A stretch of 64,000 bases of DNA, taken from the NCBI GenBank assembly GCA_964016885.1, contig OZ024740.1, positions 136,462,001 through 136,526,000 of the forward strand, written 5' to 3'. Under the pieces are notes generated by a model that was given only the letters and a program-made list of their open reading frames with translations, was not told the DNA's origin and did not search any database. The stretch is from Eledone cirrhosa (Eukaryota). This document shows, piece after piece, positions 52,735-64,000 of the stretch. The position numbers and the translations under genes are program-made. Each line of letters starts with the position of its first letter. The first letter of the stretch is position 1.

Positions 52735-53522
52735 TACTAGCAGTAAAGCCCGGCGTTGCTCGGGGTCGCTCAGTAGCTGTGTTAAAGTTACAATGTTAAG
52801 TTTCTTTTTTGGCTTAAAAACTGTAGTGTCTACTGTGCAGACTTGCATGTGGTGTTTTTGATTAATATTCCCTCAACCAACAATATGCCTTATGAAGTTA
52901 AGAAAACATAACGATAACCCGAATGTTATAACAAAAGAGGATGCTGGGGATAAAAACTGCACTGGTTATTTATTAACAAACATCGAAAATGTAAACACTG
53001 CAACGCAGAGAAAAACATTAGCGTAACCAAATTATCAGTTATGTCTGTCTGCACGCCTATATCACCTCTCTGCACGACTGTCTGTCTGCACGCCTAACGA
53101 CGAAATATTTGCTTGTTTTACGTAGTCTTTAAATAGACTTGTTTTCAAGTAAAAATATTGTTTTAAAATGCTTTTAAATGGAAATGAAGCAAAACGCAAG
53201 CTTAGTGTTCGAACTGATGAATTTTGCAGGTCAATATTTTGCTGGCTCGACAACTGTTAAACCCAGCGTAATTTACGCAAGACGCTCAATGTAAACAGAA
53301 CAAAGGGAAATAACTGATAACTTACGCTCAAAAATCGATACATTATATTCGATTTCGTCACATAGGGTGGGTCAATTTGAAATTTTTTTTTTTTTCCGAT
53401 GTCTTCGCTAGAGCTCAATGTACAAGTATAGCAATTTCGGTGCAATTCCGTGAGAGATTCTAAGAGGAGATGTGTGCCAAAAATCGATAGACAGACAGAC
53501 AACCACAGTTTTATATATAGAT
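52735..53522. mobile_element. Non-autonomous Helitron/Helentron-like (Lep1/DINE-type) element
   Basis: One end is TACTAG plus the hairpin CCCGGCGTTGCTCGGG. The other end is (GACA)n...TTTTATATATAGAT. Confidence 0.65.
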
Positions 53523-54413
53523 ATATATATTATATATATATATATTTATATTATATATATATATATATTATATTATATATATATTTATATTATATATATA
53601 TTTATATTATATATATATTTATATTATATATATTTATATTATATATATTTATATTATATATATTTATATTATATATATATATTTATATTATATATATTTA
53701 TATATATTATATATATTTATATTATATATATATATATATTATATATATTTATATTATATATTTATATTATATATATATATATATTTATATTATATATATA
53801 TTTATATTATATATATATATATATTTATATTATATATATATATTTATATTATATATATATATATATATTTATATTATATATATATATATATTTATATTAT
53901 ATATATATATATATTTATATTATATATATATATATTTATATTATATTATATATATATATATTTATATTATATTATATATATATATATTTATATTATATAT
54001 ATATATATTTATATTATATATATATATATTTATATTATATTATATATATATATTTATATTATATATATATTTATATTATATATATATTTATATTTATATT
54101 ATATATATATATATTTATATTATATTATATATATTTATATTATATTATATATATTTATATTATATTATATATATATATATTTATATTATATTATATATAT
54201 TTATATTATATTATATATATATATATTTATATTATATTATATATATATATATTTATATTATATTATATATATATATATTTATATTATATTATATATATAT
54301 ATATTTATATTATATATATATATTTATATTATATATATATATATATATTTATATTATATATATATATTTATATATATATATATATTATATATATATTATA
54401 TATATATTTATAT

Positions 54414-54447
<34 letters not shown>

Positions 54448-54539
54448 ATTATATATATATTTATATTATATATATATATATTTATATTATATATATATAT
54501 ATATTTATATTATATATATATATATATATATATTTATAT

Positions 54540-54570
<31 letters not shown>

Positions 54571-54618
54571 TATATATATATATTTATATTATATATATTT
54601 ATATTATATATATATATT

Positions 54619-54656
<38 letters not shown>

Positions 54657-54693
54657 TATATATATATATTTATATATATATATATATTTATAT

Positions 54694-54728
<35 letters not shown>

Positions 54729-55118
54729 ATATATTTATATTATATATATATATATTTATATTATATATATATATATTTATATTATATATATATATTTATA
54801 TTTATATTATATATATATATTTATATTATATATATATATATATTTATATATATATTTATATATATATATATATTTATATTATATATATATTTATATTTAT
54901 ATATATATATTTATATTTATATTATATATATATATATTTATATTATATATATATATTTATATTATATATATATATATATATTTATATTATATATATATAT
55001 TTATATTGTATATATTATATATATTATATATATATATATATTATATATATTATATATATATATTATATATATATATATATTATATATATTATATATATAT
55101 ATGTATATATATATATAT

Positions 55119-55152
<34 letters not shown>

Positions 55153-55461
55153 ATATATTATATATATATATATATATTATATATATATATATATTATATA
55201 TGTATATATATATATATTATATTATATATATATATATTATATATTTATATATATATATTATATATATATATTATATATATATATATATTATATATGTATA
55301 TATATATATTATATATATATTATATATGTATATATATATATATTATATATATATTATATATGTATATATATTATATATGTATATATATATATATTATATA
55401 TGTATATATATATATATATTATATATATATATATATTATATATGTATATATATATATATTA

Positions 55462-55507
<46 letters not shown>

Positions 55508-55561
55508 ATATATTATATATGTATATATATATATATTATATATATATATATATTATATATG

Positions 55562-55595
<34 letters not shown>

Positions 55596-56530
55596 ATATA
55601 TTATATATGTATATATATATATATTATATATATATATATATTATATATGTATATATATATATATTATATATGTATATATATATATATTATATATGTATAT
55701 ATATATATATTATATATGTATATATATATATATTATATATGTATATATATTATATATATTATATGTATATATATTATATATATTATATGTATATATATTA
55801 TATATATTATATATATATATATATTATATATATTATATATTATATATGTATATATATATATATATTATATATGTATATATATATATATATTATATATATA
55901 TATATATTATATATGTATATATATATATATATTATATATATATATATATTATATATATATATATATTATATATGTATATATATATATATTATATATGTAT
56001 ATATATATATATTATATATGTATATATATATATATATTTATATTTTATATATAGTAGAATAATCGAGTATCGAAAAATCGGCACATGAGTTCACGATAAA
56101 CATTCGACATGAGTGGCAGACGGCTCAATAATTCAGATAAATCAGAGCTATAACTATCGTTAAAATACCAACACACAAAGATTATGTCTAAAATCACCCA
56201 TACGACCGAAAATTTACGATCAGGAAGATTCGGGTCACTCAGATAAAATATCAATAAATCATATGAATGTAAAAAGCTTACCCATATTTATATTATATAT
56301 ATATTTATATTATATATATATTTATGTTATATATATATATATTTATATTATATATATATTTATATTATATATATATATATATTTATATTATATATATTAT
56401 ATATATATATATATATATATTTATATTATATATATATATTTATATTATATATATTATATATATATATATATATATTTATATTATATATATATATTTATAT
56501 TATATATATTTATTTATATTATATTTATAT

Positions 56531-56878
56531 TCATCATCATCAAAGTTTAACGTCCGTGTTCCACGCTTGCATGGGTTTGCACGGGGGTAGTCCCACTTGA
56601 GGCAAGAGTGATTGTCTTGCTCGCATAGGACTGTCAGGCAGGTTTTCTACAGTTGGATACCCTTCCTAACACCAACCACATTTACAGTGTGGGTCTGGGA
56701 GGTTTTTACCGTGTTGCCTACACGGTCACATTACAGCGTGACACCTACACGATCTCATTTGTTTCGGCCTACACGATCTCATTTGTTTCGGCTTGGATGG
56801 CGCGGCACCAACATAACTTTACATAGAACGGGGTGGTGGGGGTGGGACGGGGTGTATTTTGTTAGAGATGCCTACTGT
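56531..56878 (-). mobile_element. RTE LINE 3'UTR fragment
   Basis: Matches 34620-35250 and the reverse complement of ~51310-51650. Confidence 0.8.
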
Positions 56879-56936
56879 ATTATATATATATATTATATTT
56901 ATATTATATATTTATATTATATATATATATTTATAT

Positions 56937-56972
<36 letters not shown>

Positions 56973-57072
56973 ATATATATTATATATATATATTATATAT
57001 ATATATATTATATATATATTATATATTTATATTATATATATATATTTATATTATATATATATATATTTATGT

Positions 57073-57192
<120 letters not shown>

Positions 57193-57519
57193 ATTTATAT
57201 TATATATTTATATTATATATATATATTTATATTATATATATATATATATTTATATTATATATAATATAATATATATATTTATTTATATATATATATATAT
57301 TTATATTATATATATATATATATTTATATTATATATATATATATTTATATATTATATATATATATATTTATATTTATATATATATATATTTATATTATAT
57401 ATATATATATTTATATTATATATATATACTATTTATATTATATATATATATATTTATATTATATATATATATATTTATATTATATATATATATATTTATA
57501 TTATATATATATATATATT

Positions 57520-57572
<53 letters not shown>

Positions 57573-57694
57573 CATATATATATATATATCATATATATAT
57601 ATCATATATATATATATATCATATATATATATATATTATATATATTATATATTATATATATATATATTATATATATATATATTATATATATATA

Positions 57695-57747
<53 letters not shown>

Positions 57748-57763
57748 ATATATATATATTATA

Positions 57764-57796
<33 letters not shown>

Positions 57797-57831
57797 ATAT
57801 TATATATATATTATATATATATATTATATTA

Positions 57832-57875
<44 letters not shown>

Positions 57876-58012
57876 ATATATATATATTATATATATATAT
57901 ATTATATATTATATATATATATATTATATATATATATATATTATATATTAATATATATATATAATATATATATATATATATACTATATATATATATATAT
58001 TATATATTATAT

Positions 58013-58095
<83 letters not shown>

Positions 58096-58099
58096 TATT

Positions 58100-58133
<34 letters not shown>

Positions 58134-58385
58134 ATATATAATATATATTATATATATATATATTATATATTATATATATTATATATATATATTATATATA
58201 TATATATTATATATATATATATATATTAATATTATATTATATATATATATTATATATATATATTATATATTATATATTATATTATATATATATATTATAT
58301 ATTATATTATATATATATATTATATATTATATATATATATATTATATATATATATATTATATATATATATATTATATATTATATA

Positions 58386-58433
<48 letters not shown>

Positions 58434-58447
58434 ATATATATATTATA

Positions 58448-58502
<55 letters not shown>

Positions 58503-58597
58503 ATATTATATATATATATTATATATATATTATATATATATATATTATATATATATATTATATATATATATTATATATATATATTATATATATATAT

Positions 58598-58639
<42 letters not shown>

Positions 58640-58867
58640 ATTATATATATATATATTATATATATATATATATTATATTTATATATATGTATATTATATA
58701 TATATCTATTTATATATATTATATAATATATATATATATTATATATATATATATTATATATATATATATATAATATATATATATATTATATATATTATAT
58801 ATATTATATATATATATATTTATATATATATATATTATATATATATATATATTATATATATATATAT

Positions 58868-58909
<42 letters not shown>

Positions 58910-59201
58910 ATATATATATATATATTATATATATATATATATATTATATATATATATATATATTATATATATATATATTATATATATATATATTATATAT
59001 ATATATATTATATATATATATATTATATATATATATATTATATATATATATATTATATATATATATATTATATATATATATATATTATATATATATATAT
59101 ATATTATATATTATATATATATATTATATATATATATATTATATCATATATATATTATATATATATATATTATATATATATATATTATATATATATATTA
59201 T

Positions 59202-60249
59202 ATGCAAATGCAAACAATGGGTACACAAGAGATGTAGCGGGATCTCAGGAAGCTTAATTAAGAATGTAGGATTCACATGCAGCAGCTGTGCTGAAACAGC
59301 AAGCAAACAGCCACAGGAAACAAGTACCACCAATCTCTGGAGGGCCCTGTAGAAACAGTAGACAGCTTCTGCTACCTAGGTGACCGAATTAGCAACGGAG
59401 GTGGGTGCTCAGAAAGTACAATAACTAGGGTAAGAACGGGATGGAAGAAGTTTAGGGAACTACTACCACTGCTAGCTGCAAAAGGCTTCTCCCTCAGAAT
59501 GAAAGGCAGACTGTATGATGCGTGTATCCGAACAGCGATGTTGCATGGTAGTGAGACCTGGGCACTGAAGGTGGAAGACTTACGTAGATTAGAGAGAAAC
59601 GAAGCCTGCATGCTCCGATGGATGTGTAACAGTAATATACGTGAACGACAAAGCATAAAGGAATTGAGAGAGAGACTGAGCATAAGAGGAATCAAATGCT
59701 GCGTGCAGGAGAGGCGGTTACGCTGGTATGGACATGTGATGCGTATGAAGGATGACAGCTGCATAAAAAGGTGCAGAGCACTAGAAGTTGATGGAAACCG
59801 CGGAGTGGGGAGACCCAAGATGACTTGGGATGAGGTGATAAAAGCCGACCTTACCCAACTACACCTCTCAAAGTCAATGACACACGACCGTGACTTCTGG
59901 CGTCACGCAGTAATACAGGGTACCCGACCTCCCATGGGTACATGCTGAAGCATATATACAATATGCCCCCCCCCAACCCCACCGCAAGGTGGCCGTGGAG
60001 GTGCCACGGCAAAAAAGCACCCAGCCCACACTGTAAAGTGGACGTGTAGGCGCCACGAAAAAGCACCCAGCACTCACTGTAAATGAGGTTGGTGTTAGGA
60101 AGGGCATCCAGCTGTAGAAATCAAGCCAGATCAGTTCCTGTATGAGCAAGGCATGGTCAGCCAACCAGACACTACCCACAACAGGACAACCCGTCTAACC
60201 CATGCTAGCGTGGAAGAACGGACGTAAAACGGTGATGATGATGATGATG
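59202..60249 (+). mobile_element. 5'-truncated RTE LINE, second subfamily
   Basis: CKQWVHKRCSGI, F.YLGD, GRLYDACIRTAMLHGSETW, RLRWYGHVMRM and GRPKMTW, with a (GAT)n tail. Confidence 0.9.
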
Positions 60250-60678
60250 ATATATATATATTATATATATATTATATATATATATATCATATATATATGA
60301 TATATATATATATTATATATATATATATTATATATATATATATATTATATATATATGTATTATATATATATATCATGTATATCATATATATATATATTAT
60401 ATATATATATATCATATATATATATCATATATATATATATTATATATATATATTATATATATATATATTATATATATATATATATATCATATATATTCAT
60501 CATCACCGTTTTACGTCCGTTCTTCCACGCTAGCATGGGTTAGACGGATATTATATATTATATATATATATATTATATATATATATATCATATATATATA
60601 TTATATATATATATATCATATATATATATATATTATATATATATATATTATATATATATATATCATATATATATATAT

Positions 60679-60709
<31 letters not shown>

Positions 60710-60933
60710 ATATATATATATATGATATATATATATTATATATATATATATTATATATATATATATTATATATATATATATTATATATATATATCATATA
60801 TATATATTATATATATATATATCATTATATATATATATCATATATATATATATCATATATATATATTATATATATATATCATATATATATATTATATATA
60901 TATATTATATATATATATATCATATATATATAT

Positions 60934-60968
<35 letters not shown>

Positions 60969-61174
60969 ATATATATATATATATTATATATTATATATAT
61001 TATATATATATATATTATATATATATATATTATATATATATCTATATTATATATATTTATATTATATATATATATATAATTATATATATATATTATATAT
61101 ATTTATATTATATATATATATATATATATTTATATTATATATATATATATATTATATTTATATTATATATATAT

Positions 61175-61205
<31 letters not shown>

Positions 61206-61529
61206 ATATATTATATATATATTATATATTATATATATTTATATATATACTACTATATATTAATATATATATTATTTATATATATATATATATATATTAT
61301 ATATTATATATATATTATATATATATATATATATTATTTATATTATATATAATATATTATATATATATATATTATTTATATTATATATATATATATTATA
61401 TATTATATATATTTATATATATATATATATATTATATATATATATATATATTACATATATATATATATTATTTATATATTATATATTATATATATATATA
61501 TTATATATTATATATTATATATATATATC

Positions 61530-61560
<31 letters not shown>

Positions 61561-61604
61561 ATATATATATATAATATATATATTATATATATATATTATA
61601 TATA

Positions 61605-61643
<39 letters not shown>

Positions 61644-61646
61644 TAT

Positions 61647-61983
61647 GGAGGCATATGGCTTAGTGGTTAGAACATTGGCCTTGCAATCGAAAGGTTGTGA
61701 GTTCAATTCTCAGACCGGGTGATGTGTTGTTTCCTTGAGCAAGAGACTTTATTTCACATTGCTCCAGTCTACTCAGCTGTAGAAATGAGATGATAGGGAC
61801 TGGGGTCTCTATCATTCCACTGCAAAGTGGTCGTGGAGGTGCCACGGCAAAAAAGCACCCAGCACTCACTGTAAATGAGGTTGGTGTTAGGAAGGGCATC
61901 CAGCTGTAGAAATCATGCCAGAATCAGTTCCCGTCCCACCCTTGCAAGCAGGGAAAAAGTGGACGTAAAATGAAATGATGATG

Positions 61984-61985
<2 letters not shown>
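61647..61985 (+). mobile_element. Full-length CORE-like SINE
   Basis: Near-identical to 52381-52713. Confidence 0.87.
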
Positions 61986-62016
<31 letters not shown>

Positions 62017-62182
62017 ATATCATATATATAATATATTATATATATTATATATATATCATGTATATATATATTATATATATTATATATATATATATATATA
62101 TCATATATATATATATTATATATATTATATATATATATATATATCATATATATATATATTATTTTATATTATATATATATAT

Positions 62183-62216
<34 letters not shown>

Positions 62217-62666
62217 ATATTTATATTATATATATAATATATATATATTTATATTATATATATAATATATATATATTTATATTATATATATAATATATAT
62301 ATATATATCATATATATATATATTATATAATATTATATATATATTATATATATATATATATATATATTATAATAGTTATATATATATATATTATATATAT
62401 ATATATCATATATATTATATATTGTATATATTATATATATATATATCATATATATATATATCATATATATATATTATATATATATATATTAATATATATA
62501 TATATCATATATATATATTATATATATATATATTATATATATATATTATATATATATATATTATATATATATATATATTATATATATATATATCATATAT
62601 ATATATTATTATATATATATATCATATATATATATATCATATATATATATCATATATATATATATC

Positions 62667-62697
<31 letters not shown>

Positions 62698-62705
62698 ATC
62701 ATATA

Positions 62706-62749
<44 letters not shown>

Positions 62750-62845
62750 ATATATTATATATATATATATTATATATATATATATTATATATATTATATA
62801 TATATATATTATATATATTATATATATATATATATTATATATATT

Positions 62846-62890
<45 letters not shown>

Positions 62891-63098
62891 ATATTATATT
62901 ATATATATATATATTATTTATATTATATATATTTATATTATATATATATATATATTATATATATATATTATATATATATATATATTATATATATTATATA
63001 TATATATATATTATATATATATTATATATATATATATATTATATATATATATATTATATATATTTATATTATATATATATATATATATTTATATTATA

Positions 63099-63147
<49 letters not shown>

Positions 63148-63345
63148 TATATATATATTATATATTATATATATATTTATATATATATATATATTATATA
63201 TTATATATATATTATATATTATATATATATATTTATTTATATTATATATATATATTATATATATATATATTATTTATATTATATATATATATTATATATT
63301 ATATATATTTATATATATATATATATATTATATATTATATATATT

Positions 63346-63377
<32 letters not shown>

Positions 63378-63383
63378 ATATAT

Positions 63384-63416
<33 letters not shown>

Positions 63417-63552
63417 ATATATTATATATATATATATATATTATATATATATATATATTATTTATATATTATATATATATTTATATATATATATATATAT
63501 TATATATTATATATATATTATATATATATATTATATATATATTATATATATA

Positions 63553-63592
<40 letters not shown>

Positions 63593-63753
63593 ATATATAT
63601 ATATTATATATTATATATATATTATATATATATATATATATATCATATATATATATATTATATATATTATATATATATCATATATATATATATTATATAT
63701 ATTATATATATATATAATATTATCATATATATATATATTATTTATATTATATA

Positions 63754-63805
<52 letters not shown>

Positions 63806-64000
63806 TATATATATAATATATATATATTATATTATATATATAATATATATATATTTATATTATATATATAATATATATATATATTATATATATATATTAT
63901 ATATAATATATATATATATTATATATATATATTATATATATTATATATATAATATATATATATATATTATATATATTATATATTATATATATTATATATA

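Noticed and set aside
53450-56088. 870-, 860- and 360-aa ORFs, and similar ones at 51642, 56612, 60722 and 62422
   Set aside because: Poly-Tyr/Ile translations of (TA)-rich simple repeats. They are open only because TAA is rare on this strand.

Overview
Eukaryotic, AT-rich, repeat-dense animal DNA. The SINE/LINE repertoire resembles octopod cephalopods, but that is an inference from recalled repeat motifs. Positions 1-27.8 kb are the end of a tandem array of spliceosomal U4 snRNA genes: seven copies on the minus strand with spacings 5655, 5100, 5404, 5128, 5393 and 950 bp. The long units alternate between two types, giving a ~10.5-kb dimeric higher-order repeat. Each long unit also carries a divergent U4 3'-half, 2-3 non-autonomous RTE-type retroelements in (TATG)n, SINE relics, an R4/Dong-like RT fragment and an unexplained GC-rich insert. 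The terminal 950-bp unit lacks all of these. Positions 28-39 kb are transposon debris: a Merlin transposase relic, TTAA-MITEs, CORE-SINEs, an RTE LINE and hammerhead-like relics. The only convincing protein gene is a two-exon DNAJB1/4/5-type Hsp40 (40297-41091 joined to 47578-47808, 341 aa) with a canonical HSE-TATA promoter. Positions 48.8-64 kb hold RTE LINEs, SINEs and a Helitron-like element embedded in very long strand-asymmetric (TA)-rich arrays. The long Tyr/Ile ORFs there are artefacts.
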